Shown here: one piece after another, positions 47,878 through 56,747 of the stretch | Layout of the letters: each line of letters begins with the position of its first letter | How positions within the stretch are numbered: position 1 is the stretch's first letter | Assembly: GCA_963805915.1 (NCBI GenBank) | Contig: CAWDWD010000018.1 | Span: 17,737-81,736, forward strand | DNA: 64,000 nt | Origin: an uncultured Alphaproteobacteria bacterium | GTDB taxonomy: Bacteria; Pseudomonadota; Alphaproteobacteria; Rhodospirillales; Defluviicoccaceae | Direction: 5' to 3' | Made by a program: the position numbers and the translations under genes | The notes under the pieces: model-generated | The model's database searches: none | What the model was told of the DNA's origin: nothing | What the model saw: the letters and a program-made list of their open reading frames with translations, nothing else

Positions 47878-48405
47878 TCATAAACTGATAACGATGCTGT
47901 CGATAAATTTTATTATAAGTGGCGCCATTATTGCTATGAAGAGCGTGCCGAGTATGATGTATAATTTCCGCTCTGAGGCGAGTCTTGATATTTCTACTTG
48001 GCGTGCTATTTCTATCTTGCTACGGTCAATTTGTTCTTCATCTCTATGCTTGCGGAGGTTGTCAATAAATGTCGCGCCTTCCGCTCGAATTTCCTGCGCG
48101 ATATCCCTTTTTAGCTGACCTATGTCTTTTACAAGGTTGTTTTCCAATAGAGCCAAGTCTGCCGACAAACGAACGTGCCTGACTTCGAAATCTTTGTTCC
48201 GGATTGCAAGCTCGTCGGTTAGTTTCGAGTAATGCAATTTCAGCTGTTCAATTTCTACGGCATGGTGCCTGGTTGAGCTCGTTAGGCCGTTCCCAACTTT
48301 GGAAGATAGTGTCACAAACGCAACATGCAGCTCATCCATCTTGAGGAATACTCGATCCTGTAATTTCTCAAGTCGCTCGGTTCTCTTTTCCAGATCTAAA
48401 GACAT
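47878..48405 (-). CDS. coiled-coil protein with C-terminal TM anchor
   Basis: 175 aa. Heptad-like charged repeats, then YIILGTLFIAIMAPLIIKFIDSIVISL at the extreme C-terminus. It sits in the most AT-rich stretch of the window. Confidence 0.5.
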   Translation of the reverse strand: MSLDLEKRTERLEKLQDRVFLKMDELHVAFVTLSSKVGNGLTSSTRHHAVEIEQLKLHYSKLTDELAIRNKDFEVRHVRLSADLALLENNLVKDIGQLKRDIAQEIRAEGATFIDNLRKHRDEEQIDRSKIEIARQVEISRLASERKLYIILGTLFIAIMAPLIIKFIDSIVISL

Positions 48406-48432
48406 GAAGATATGTTCCGTGGGGAGCTTGCA

Positions 48433-48642
48433 CTAGCGCTTTGCAAGGCGCTTGTCCGCCACCGCGCGACCAAGCATGCCAACCGCAGCGCCAGCAACAG
48501 CCAGGAGCTGGAACACGGCGTCCGTCATGCTGTCCGGCTCGAGGTATAAAACATCAAACTCTCGAAGAGATATAACGATTACAGTGACGAGAGGGCCGAT
48601 GAAACCCTTTGACAGGTACCAAGGTTTAGAGCCATTCATCAT
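48433..48642 (-). CDS. holin-like small membrane protein
   Basis: 69 aa with two hydrophobic segments (GFIGPLVTVIVISL; AVFQLLAVAGAAVGMLG) and a basic C-terminal tail (DKRLAKR). It occupies a position like T7 gene 17.5. Confidence 0.5.
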   Translation of the reverse strand: MMNGSKPWYLSKGFIGPLVTVIVISLREFDVLYLEPDSMTDAVFQLLAVAGAAVGMLGRAVADKRLAKR

Positions 48643-48695
48643 AAAGTTCCTATTTGAGCATATCGCATTCTATATTCAGTACGAACCTCCGCTTA

Positions 48696-49142
48696 TTATT
48701 CTAATATATTGGCTTGGCGACCTGCTTGTTGGCCTATATTAAAGGCTGCCTGAGTACGATAGTCAGAGAGGTCCAGGAGGCTCTTCCGCCGCTGAGCCAC
48801 CAGTTGCTGTTGCACCTGGTCGATGCGGGACGCGTTGAGTTTTTGATTCTCCGCGGCGCCCAAAGTCGCTTCTTTGGCCAGGCCGGCCAGGACGGCTCCC
48901 GCGGAACCACCAGAGCCCAATCCCTGAGCAGCAAAACTCGCCTTCTGAGCGGCTAAGGCCTTGCGCAGTTTCTCACGACGAGATCTATCGTCAGCGGCTT
49001 CAACTAGTCTCATCTGGGCGATTCTTGCCTGCGCATCCGCTTTGGCGGCGTCGTGCGCGGCATCCGCCTGACGCTCTTGCTGCGCCGCGGTCATTCCCAT
49101 CTGAAGGGCGCTCAGCGCCGCGGCCGGGACAAAACCACCCAT
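48696..49142 (-). CDS. Ala/Gln-rich phage protein (internal virion protein candidate)
   Basis: 148-aa low-complexity helical protein directly after tail tubular B, where T7 has genes 13/14. AGGAGA lies 8 nt upstream of the ATG. Confidence 0.5.
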   Translation of the reverse strand: MGGFVPAAALSALQMGMTAAQQERQADAAHDAAKADAQARIAQMRLVEAADDRSRREKLRKALAAQKASFAAQGLGSGGSAGAVLAGLAKEATLGAAENQKLNASRIDQVQQQLVAQRRKSLLDLSDYRTQAAFNIGQQAGRQANILE

Positions 49143-49242
49143 GCGTGGGGTCTCCTATTAATTACTCGAGAATTTAAACGAGCCCTGTGTGCGGCGCACT
49201 GAAAGTAAAAGACGGCGCGCGCAAGGTAAAATGGTTAAGTTG

Positions 49243-51142
49243 TTAGTTGGCGCTGATTTCCGTCGCCACAGACAGGAGTGTAAAGGGCAGAGGCGACGCC
49301 TGAGCAATTCTCCAAAGGCTTTTGCTTGTGTCGCTCCGCCATCCATAACCCCGCACGGTTCGATCACCCGTGAAGAGGTGAGGCCTCTGATCAAGGACAT
49401 CGTCGCCCATTTTTCGGAACGGCACCTCCTTGAATCCGCGCCCCAGGTCCAGATTTAATGCCGCGGTTTCCAGGAAGCGGAAGGTCACCATGACCGGCCG
49501 AACACGGCTGCCTTGGCCTCCTGCCGCGGCGCCTCCGGAGGCTGGCGGTAGAGGCTCTACCACGTGGCTGAATTCAAGGCCGACAAGGACAGTGAACGCC
49601 GGTTCGCCGATTTCGACACTGGCGTATTCAACGACGGCCTTCGGCCGAACAATGCCGTCCGCAACGATAGCCACGACCTGGCCATCCAGGTGTCCAAGAC
49701 CGGCCCACGTCGATTGAGCCGAGGGTGAAGTGCCGATATAACCGCAGTCGACACCCAGTCGGCGGTCAAAGGCCTCGACAAGAAGTCCACCTATTCGCTC
49801 TACCATGACGAAAGTTTCGTCGCCGACCGTAGCGACGGAGCGGAAGGCACCGTTCGTGTCCTGAACCGTCCACGCACTGACCTGTTCATCACGATAAATC
49901 GTCAGGGTCGCCAAGGTCCCATTTGCCATCACGGCATGCAGGAGGCGCGAAGACTTGTCGATGTCCATATCAATCGGTTGATCTATAAGATGATCGGAAA
50001 GTAGAGCCAAGTCGGCCGCTTGGTAGGCAGCCTCGGTATCAGTAAACAGAAACTCTCGGATCTGGTTACCAGCTCTCGCCACAAACACGGTCGCGCCATC
50101 GACGTCCTTTGGCGGCACTGTCCGCGACACCGCCGAGCCCACGCGCGTCTGGCGGTGTAGCTGAATATTGACCGGAGTTCAGGGGCTCGCCGCTGACCAT
50201 CCACTCCGCGCCCGAGGTGAAGACCTGCAGGTGTCGTCCGGAAAAAACCGCTCGTATGGCGTTGACTTGATCGGACAATATGGCGAATTCGATGGACTCG
50301 TCGTTCAGTCCGTCGCCAAGATCGAAGTTGAATAACTTGGCGGTTTTTGATAGCCAAAGCCGATTGGGCAGATCCCGGGAACCGCCGACGACCAACCGGT
50401 CTTGGTGAAAACATACCGCTGTCGGCCAACCCCTCGCTGCCGAAAAGGCCGCCTCGGTCCAGTCCTTAGTCGCCTGAGTGGAGACAAGGGTTTCCTTGAC
50501 ATCAACGCGGGCCTGCGTCGGTGAAACAACCGCGGCGACCGCAACCTCTCGACCGGCGATGCGGAACCGCACTCCGATATGGTCCGGCAGGAACACGGGT
50601 TCAGTGGCCGTAACGATGATGCTGCCGCTGGTGCCGCTGGCCTGTAGCGTCGTTTGTTCGCCGGCAAACTTGTAGTGCGGTACGAGAAGCCGTCCGTCTC
50701 TATCCGAGAAAGTCCACTCGGAGACGAACCATTCAGCGTCAGTTTGGCGGGTTATAATCCGGGGAGGCACTTCCGGATGTACGACAAGGAGGGTGTCGGG
50801 GCTTTGCGTCCAATTGATCTGGTCCAACTGAGCGACCGACCATGGTGCTGCAAAATCGGCGACTCTGATCCCGTTGCGATACACATCAACGGCATGATCC
50901 GAGAACAGCAGAAGGTAGGCCTTTTCAGTGCTAAATTCGAACGCGACAAGCCGACCTGGTCCCCGCGCCGTATCGACAAAGCGCAGGCCAGGCCGGCGGG
51001 AAAGGCCTCCAGTCGGATGAATGAAGACGTTGCGTAACTTTGCCGCGCCGTTCTCGAAGGCCCGCAGGTCAGAGCGGCCGAGTAGCCGTGGCGAGAGCTC
51101 GCCCGCGGAAAAGTTCGTTTTCGCGGTTCTGATTCTCGCCAT
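49243..51142 (-). pseudogene. tail tubular protein B (T7 gp12-like), reading frame broken once near 50178
   Basis: ORF 50066..51142 carries RLWLSKTAKLFNF (T7: ILSRTAKYFNF). ORF 49243..50142 continues the protein. Deleting one A gives ...WMVSGEPLTPVNIQL... (T7: ...LTASGTLTSKSVEL...). Confidence 0.8.
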
Positions 51143-51744
51143 CAGTAACGACTTTCCACCAGACAGTAGTCCTGTATGCTTTGCGGCGTATCTTCCTGCG
51201 CGTCGATGAGTTTAGCGCCGCGTAGCTCGGCATCCGCGAGCTTATGCAAGCTCTCCCATCGAGACGTGCTGTCGGTTAACGGGATGCAAAACTCGGCCGC
51301 GAGATGCGTGATCAGCACTTTGCTGAAGAAAGGCGGGTCGTCGGCTTCGTTGGCCCGAAACACATAAGTCAGCACCACTTCGCCGGCGTTCGTATGTAAC
51401 CGTCCGTCGTACAGACGGTAGATCAGGCCAGCACCGCTCCCGCCAGCTCCCGCCGACAGAACCCGCAGGCAATCCGCTGGGAGCGCGAATGTGTTGACAA
51501 GGTCACTGTCGTCATTGACCGAAAGAGCAGCCAGCTTCTTCCGCGTCGTTGCGAAATTCCACGGATGTGCAGACAGCAGGCCGTCACGAACATAATCATA
51601 GAGATTTGCCGCGACGTCGGCTTCGGCCGTGCCGTCGTCAAGCGAACTGATGGTGCCTGCCCCAATTTTGAGAAGTGCCCTGGAGCATAGATCAATGCGG
51701 CTTAACGACACGAGGTCATCTCCCTTGTAATGATTCAAATGCAC
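51142..51744 (-). CDS. tail tubular protein A (T7 gp11-like)
   Basis: 200 aa. IDLCSRALLKIGAGTISSLDDGTAEADVAANLYDYVRDGLLSAHPWNFA parallels T7 gp11 [46 protein letters not shown]. Confidence 0.8.
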   Translation of the reverse strand: MHLNHYKGDDLVSLSRIDLCSRALLKIGAGTISSLDDGTAEADVAANLYDYVRDGLLSAHPWNFATTRKKLAALSVNDDSDLVNTFALPADCLRVLSAGAGGSGAGLIYRLYDGRLHTNAGEVVLTYVFRANEADDPPFFSKVLITHLAAEFCIPLTDSTSRWESLHKLADAELRGAKLIDAQEDTPQSIQDYCLVESRY

Positions 51745-51794
51745 GGGCGTGGGTACAACCGACTCTGCAGGCGAAGAAGTAGGTGCGCTCTACG

Positions 51795-52064
51795 TCAGTC
51801 CGAATTACTGGCGCCGACCGCGACCAAATCGGCCACGTCCACGCTGCCCGCGCCGGCGTTGCTGACCAGGAAAATTCCCGCCTGTGCGGAACCCGCGGTA
51901 TCAGTATTCGCCAGGATCATGTCGCCGGCGCGCACCACGTCGCTCGCGTCATTAAAATACCCTTGAGTATCGACCTCGATAGCGACGTCATTTGTTTTAT
52001 AGTGCCAAAGGGTGAAGCCATTGGCGTAAGCAAGAACACTAAGATCTTTTGAAGAATAGGACAT
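51795..52064 (-). CDS. small phage structural-region protein (possible capsid decoration protein)
   Basis: 89-aa ORF between the capsid and tail tubular A genes. No motif is recognised. Confidence 0.5.
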   Translation of the reverse strand: MSYSSKDLSVLAYANGFTLWHYKTNDVAIEVDTQGYFNDASDVVRAGDMILANTDTAGSAQAGIFLVSNAGAGSVDVADLVAVGASNSD

Positions 52065-52079
52065 TCTGTACGCTCCGGA

Positions 52080-52898
52080 TCAAGCTTCGCGGCAGGGCAT
52101 TGTCACGACGCCGGAGGCGTCGATCAGGCAGGCGCCCTGACTCATCATGTTGTTGACGAAGTGAGCGGCGCGATCGCCATGCCAGGTGATATCAGTGCTG
52201 ACGTCGGAGCCGACGGCGTGGGCAAGAGCGGTCTTGTGATACCAGAAGCAGGATCGGACGTCGGCAGCGATTGGGAGCGCCGAATGGGGAAGCCAGAGGG
52301 TTCCGAGCCATCGTTTGGCCTGGGTTCCCTTCCATGGGAGTTCGTCGTCACCAATGTAGTCGGCATTGCCGAACTCAGGGAGATTGAGAAGATCGCTCCA
52401 CTGCTTCCAACCAACGACGGCGTAGCGCTGGCCATCGTCCGGTACGTCGACCGCGCCAAGCGTCTCGAAAGCCGCTAGGACCTTCTCCTTGGTCAAACCG
52501 TCGGTATCGGCGCCGACGGTGACGCTGGCTTTCGCGAGCTGCTCGATGATCAGTTCGTCTGTCTTGCGGCCGAGTGCATAGGCACCGGCCTTGGCGACAA
52601 CCTGCTGCTCATTGATATTCGTCTTGAGCTCATCGAGCTTGTCGACCCAGTCGCCAGCGTAGAAGTCGTACAGCATGCACTCGATCGGTGTGTGGTCGAC
52701 GTTCATGACCGGAACCTTGCCGTGCCGCGCCTTGGTGCTGGCCGTCCCCTTGCCGATCCTCTGGAACGTCGTCGATGCCCCGGTTACGTTCTCCTTGGTA
52801 CGAACGGTCGGGCGAAGCTTAGATCCCATCTGCTGGTAATTGATGTGTACCAGTGCTTCAAAGTTTTTGATGAATGATTGCGGGACCGTAACAGACAA
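52080..52898 (-). CDS. major capsid protein (T7 gene 10 position)
   Basis: 272 aa. TTG start with AGGAGA 7 nt upstream. It follows the scaffold gene. The overall pattern is reminiscent of small HK97-fold capsid proteins. Confidence 0.7.
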   Translation of the reverse strand: MSVTVPQSFIKNFEALVHINYQQMGSKLRPTVRTKENVTGASTTFQRIGKGTASTKARHGKVPVMNVDHTPIECMLYDFYAGDWVDKLDELKTNINEQQVVAKAGAYALGRKTDELIIEQLAKASVTVGADTDGLTKEKVLAAFETLGAVDVPDDGQRYAVVGWKQWSDLLNLPEFGNADYIGDDELPWKGTQAKRWLGTLWLPHSALPIAADVRSCFWYHKTALAHAVGSDVSTDITWHGDRAAHFVNNMMSQGACLIDASGVVTMPCREA

Positions 52899-52952
52899 TA
52901 TCGTGTCTCCTAAATTGCACTCATTTGTGAATCACGATCGGCTTAAATAAAC

Positions 52953-52982
52953 GGGGCGTCGGCTACCGGTAGCCGACGCCCC
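52953..52982 (-). terminator. perfect 14-bp-stem hairpin between scaffold and capsid genes
   Basis: GGGGCGTCGGCTAC-cg-GTAGCCGACGCCCC. On the minus strand it is followed by GTTTATTTAA. Confidence 0.55.
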
Positions 52983-53031
52983 GAGGAGGAGCGGCGACCG
53001 ACGCGCTCACTCCTTGTCTCAATAAGGCGTT

Positions 53032-53766
53032 CTATTCGTCATAAATGCGCCGGAAACCTTCGCTGACTCGTCCAATGAAAGCTGCGTCCTGCTCACGCCA
53101 ATACTTTGGATCGCGCATCATCTGCTTCAGGTTAGCCTCGCTCAAAGGCTCATGAGCGGCTGAGCCGCCTCCCATCAACCTCGGTTCCTCGGCCGCCATC
53201 ATCTTGCGCATCGCCAGGACGCCCTCGCGCGAAGTCGCGAGTGCATCGAACACCGAAGCGGGAAGGTTGCCTCGGCCCCAAACGGCGATCTGGCGCGCGG
53301 CTTCCCGCCACTGATCCTCTCCGCCGAACTCCTGCCGGAGCTGGGCGATCTCCTTTTCGGCCTCGAACTCCGAAGCCACTTCGGCGACCATCGGCATCAA
53401 CTGCTTGGCGGCCAAGGTGTAGACCAGTTGAACCTGATCGCGGGTGAAGCCAGCCGCATGAAGCTGTTTGTTGATCTCGGGGTCGCTCTCGAAGAGCTCG
53501 TGTTCGACACTGATGTCGTAGTCGTCCGGGCCCGCGGGCACGCCCGAGCGCATTTCCCCCGCCGCACGCTGCAGTTCGAGGTAGGACGCGATCAGATCGT
53601 CGGTTCGGACGCATCCAGCGCTCTCGTCCCAGAATTGCTCCGGAACAGACTCCGGCCGCGACGCCGGATCAGCGTCGCCGGGAATGGTCCCTGCGAGGAC
53701 CAGTGGTTCGGAATCTGCTTCCGCCGAGACGCTCTCGTTATAGTCTCGCGGTGTGTTCTCGCTCAT
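53032..53766 (-). CDS. capsid scaffolding/assembly protein (T7 gene 9 position)
   Basis: 244 aa from the ATG at 53766 (GGAGAT 5 nt upstream). It is acidic and helical (MSENTPRDYNESVSAEADSEP...), between the portal and capsid genes. Confidence 0.65.
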   Translation of the reverse strand: MSENTPRDYNESVSAEADSEPLVLAGTIPGDADPASRPESVPEQFWDESAGCVRTDDLIASYLELQRAAGEMRSGVPAGPDDYDISVEHELFESDPEINKQLHAAGFTRDQVQLVYTLAAKQLMPMVAEVASEFEAEKEIAQLRQEFGGEDQWREAARQIAVWGRGNLPASVFDALATSREGVLAMRKMMAAEEPRLMGGGSAAHEPLSEANLKQMMRDPKYWREQDAAFIGRVSEGFRRIYDE

Positions 53767-53782
53767 GTGGATCTCCGGCGCG

Positions 53783-54076
53783 CTATTGGGACTGACTTGT
53801 TGCGTCGTTGCCGCGTCTGACCAAGCTTGCGATCCGGGCGAGAAGCTGTCTCTGGCCCTCGACATGACGCAACATCGCTTCCGATACCTCTGGCCCGAAT
53901 GTGCGTCCAAAGGCGATCGCTCGCAGATGTGCGAAGACCCGCCGACCGTCGGGGGTCGAGAAGCATCGAGCAAAGCTCGCCGCCACCTCGGTCCGCTCCA
54001 CGCGACCAATATCCTGGTCTATTGGGCCCCCAAGATCCGGACCAAATCCGGGCCATTCTTCATCCGTCGACGGCAT
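53783..54076 (-). CDS. small phage protein overlapping the portal stop
   Basis: About 97 aa (MPSTDEEWPGFGPDLGG...RRVFAHLRAIAFGRTFGPEVS...). GGAG lies 6 nt upstream of this ATG. Confidence 0.5.
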   Translation of the reverse strand: MPSTDEEWPGFGPDLGGPIDQDIGRVERTEVAASFARCFSTPDGRRVFAHLRAIAFGRTFGPEVSEAMLRHVEGQRQLLARIASLVRRGNDATSQSQ

Positions 54077-55619
54077 TGTCATCTCCGAGCTGCCTGTCAA
54101 TCTCCATAAGTCCGCCTAATCCGTTTAAAGCAGGGAGCCCGACGCCGAGCGGCATTGCCGGGGCGTCGCGGACAAGCTCGCCCGGCACGCCCAGCGCTTG
54201 CGCCAGCCAGCGCGTCGCGGCGCTCTGGTCTACCGCCGCCATGGCTTCCGCGCCGAGCGAGCGCACGGCATCGAGCCACAGCAAAGTGTTCTGAACACCT
54301 TGTTGCGCCTGGTAGCGGGCCTGCGGTGATCGGTACTCGATCGTGATCGTTCGGTTATCAAGCGGCAGATCGGGTATTTCGCCGCGGCGCGCGAGAATTG
54401 TCCGCGCGCGAACAATCAGCGGCGTCAACAACTCCGATTGGAGGCGGCCGTACGTCGCGCCTAAGAGGCGCGCCATTTCCGCCGCTCGCTCAAGAACTTC
54501 CGTTGCGGTCATACGCGGGCCGCTGACTTGGCCGAGCTGATCGACGAGCAAGGCCCTGCGGATGCGCGCGCGAACCTGATCGAGAACCAGTTCCGAAACA
54601 TCAAAGCGGCCAGGCGCTTCGAGGGGCGTCAGGCCGGCCGAACCGACCGCCTTCGGTATGATGGTTCCTGGAACCAGCTTGATGTTGGCCGGATTGATCA
54701 CGCCGTCGTCGTCGACCTGCCAGATGCCCGTCACGGCGATCGATGCGTTCTTCAGGACAAGCTCGACAACCTTATTCGCCGTCTTGATGTCCGGCAGCGC
54801 CTTCATGATCGGCGATCGGCCATAGCTTTCCCCAGGCGCCTTTGACCAACGAAAATTGATGAAAGGCGACGTCGAGAAGCGTCCTTCGCCAAGAACGAGC
54901 GGCTCTCGCGCACTGTTCGCATCGCTTTCGGCGACGGCAAGGTATGCGTACCCTTGGCCGTCTGGAACAACCGCTTCGATGACCGCTATGCTTGCCTCGT
55001 CATTATTTGGCGAGCCGACGAACCGTCCCAGGCCGTCGCCTCGCGGAAATCGCGCCACGACTTGGGCCGGCGTCAGGCGAGCGCGCCGGAACGTGGTGTC
55101 GAGGCGACCGGATGGCCCCTCCTCCAGCACGACCTGGGACATCGGCACGGCAGTAAAACGAAAGGCCGAGGCTTCCCACGTCCCCGCCTCCTCGAACATC
55201 AAGCAAGCGGTGCCAGCCGTGACCAGATCGAGGTAGCATTGGTGCGTCTCGACAACAAAGTTGGAACGATCGAAGTTCGACTGGACGACACGTGTCATGC
55301 GCTCTAGATCCGGCGCCAGCAATTGGCGCGTGGCGTCGTCCGCGTCCGGACCGACGCAGAAGCCGAACCAGGATGACCACGGCGGATTGAGCTGCGCCAT
55401 CAAGCTGGCCGCCAACTGATCGACAGCGTCCTGGGCCGTCGCATCAAACAACTTTTCGGTCTTTTTCTCCCCCGGCTGGGCTGATCGGATCACGCCGCCT
55501 CGCTGGGGAAGGGCATAGTCGTAACACTCCTGCCAGTGTGCCTCCCACGTTGTCCTGCGTTCGCGGGCCCGCGCGTAGCGCTGGACGACGTCGTTCGGGT
55601 TAAGCCGAGTCATGATCAT
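54060..55619 (-). CDS. portal / head-to-tail connector protein (T7 gp8-like)
   Basis: KAPGESYGRSPIMKALPDIKTANKV and MTATEVLERAAE...LQSELLTPLIVRA parallel T7 gp8 LDGESYGRSYIEEYLGDLRSLENLQ and VTAEEIRYVASE...LSQELQLPLVRVL. Confidence 0.88.
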   Translation of the reverse strand: MIMTRLNPNDVVQRYARARERRTTWEAHWQECYDYALPQRGGVIRSAQPGEKKTEKLFDATAQDAVDQLAASLMAQLNPPWSSWFGFCVGPDADDATRQLLAPDLERMTRVVQSNFDRSNFVVETHQCYLDLVTAGTACLMFEEAGTWEASAFRFTAVPMSQVVLEEGPSGRLDTTFRRARLTPAQVVARFPRGDGLGRFVGSPNNDEASIAVIEAVVPDGQGYAYLAVAESDANSAREPLVLGEGRFSTSPFINFRWSKAPGESYGRSPIMKALPDIKTANKVVELVLKNASIAVTGIWQVDDDGVINPANIKLVPGTIIPKAVGSAGLTPLEAPGRFDVSELVLDQVRARIRRALLVDQLGQVSGPRMTATEVLERAAEMARLLGATYGRLQSELLTPLIVRARTILARRGEIPDLPLDNRTITIEYRSPQARYQAQQGVQNTLLWLDAVRSLGAEAMAAVDQSAATRWLAQALGVPGELVRDAPAMPLGVGLPALNGLGGLMEIDRQLGDDNAVDG

Positions 55620-55800
55620 CCTTCGATTAGCGATTTCCGCCGAGGCGCCTCATAGGCGCGCAAAAAGCAGCGATCCACCGCATGGGTGCGTCACATCCGA
55701 TCGGAGCGGCTATTGTTCAGAAGTCGACGCAATGGCAGGATTTTAAGCCACATTGGGGTAGTGCTGGATACACGAACCCTGGTCGACGAGGAGAACTATA

Positions 55801-56256
55801 CTAGGTCATCAGACCTATGTCAAGGTTTTTAGTCTTATCCCTAAGCAGGTAGCTGTAGAGCTGCCATGGCGTCCGGATGCGTCTAGCGTGAATGCCAAGC
55901 ACGCGCTTTACGGCTTCGACACATGTAACCGGAGCCAGTGGTGCTATCTTTTCCGGCGCTGCTTGGACGATTGTTGCCACCGCCCTCACCCCCTGGCTCT
56001 CGTACCATTCGGAAAGCTGGACCGCGGTCACTCCGCAAACGAGGTTTATAGTCGTGCGATGCGAGAGCGGGTCGAGAATGACCCAACCGCCTGCCAAGCC
56101 GACCGCGACGAAACAATGGCGGAAGCCCGCTCGCAGGAACCGCAAGCATTTCAACTGAGTCGATCCGGCGAAGAGCACCAGCGCCGGCAGATCCTGCGGA
56201 GGTTGATGCGGCGCCGGCTGCCGCCCGCGCGGTCCGGCGGAGGCGCCGCCGTTCAT
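55801..56256 (-). CDS. hypothetical protein, second gene of the module (possible permuted papain-like hydrolase)
   Basis: 151 aa. A His-then-Cys arrangement (FRHCFVAVG...GWVILDP ... PVTCVEAVKRVLG) is suggestive only. It is ATGA-coupled to the upstream ORF. Confidence 0.5.
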   Translation of the reverse strand: MNGGASAGPRGRQPAPHQPPQDLPALVLFAGSTQLKCLRFLRAGFRHCFVAVGLAGGWVILDPLSHRTTINLVCGVTAVQLSEWYESQGVRAVATIVQAAPEKIAPLAPVTCVEAVKRVLGIHARRIRTPWQLYSYLLRDKTKNLDIGLMT

Positions 56257-56618
56257 TCAACAATGCCCTTCTCGCGAAGCGGGGTGGATAGCCGGTCGAT
56301 CGCTTCCTCCCAGAATTTGGCCGCGCGAGCCTGTTCGTCGCAGCGCGGGTCGGGCGTCTTCTGCAACAGCCCGTATTGGCCCAAGATACGGACGTGCGCC
56401 GGTCCGATCGTGCCGCTGCGCAGGAGCCTGTCGGCGGCGCGATAAACATCATCGGGGTCGCAAGGCCGCCCCGTTGAACCGGCGCAGGCCTCGATCCTGG
56501 CGCCTTCCCTGCGCACTTGCTGACAGCGGACAAACCAGAACCACGCAGCCTCGGCGCTTTCGAAAGCGGTTACGGGCTGGTCGGACATCGTTTTCGGGAT
56601 ATAGCGTTGACGAAGCAT
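56253..56618 (-). CDS. hypothetical protein, first gene of the module
   Basis: 121 aa. GGGGGAG lies 7 nt upstream of the ATG. It contains an AAWFWFVRCQ motif and I recognise no family. Confidence 0.55.
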   Translation of the reverse strand: MLRQRYIPKTMSDQPVTAFESAEAAWFWFVRCQQVRREGARIEACAGSTGRPCDPDDVYRAADRLLRSGTIGPAHVRILGQYGLLQKTPDPRCDEQARAAKFWEEAIDRLSTPLREKGIVE

Positions 56619-56636
56619 GGCGACGTTCTCCCCCTA

Positions 56637-56651
56637 GAACGTTAACAGAAC
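56637..56651 (-). promoter_or_regulatory. alphaproteobacterial-type SOS (LexA) box GAAC-N7-GAAC
   Basis: GAACgttaacaGAAC (GTTC-N7-GTTC on the coding strand). It lies between the predicted -10 element and the RBS of the first module gene. Confidence 0.55.
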
Positions 56652-56659
56652 ATTCGCCC

Positions 56660-56687
56660 ATCATATAGGATTTTTGCCCTTCGTCAA
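56660..56687 (-). promoter_or_regulatory. sigma70-like promoter of the phage-like operon
   Basis: The minus strand reads TTGACG (56687-56682), a 16-nt spacer, then TATGAT (56665-56660). Confidence 0.5.
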
Positions 56688-56747
56688 AGGGTCATATAGA
56701 AATATGTTCCTAGTGCAAGCCGTGCTTGCTTGTAAGACGATGTTCCC

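Noticed and set aside
49231-49238. CtrA half-site TTAACCAT (minus strand) between the tail tubular B gene and the next ORF
   Set aside because: An 8-mer is expected by chance about once or twice in this window. The same 8-mer also occurs inside glsA (about 12793). No full TTAA-N7-TTAA site is present.
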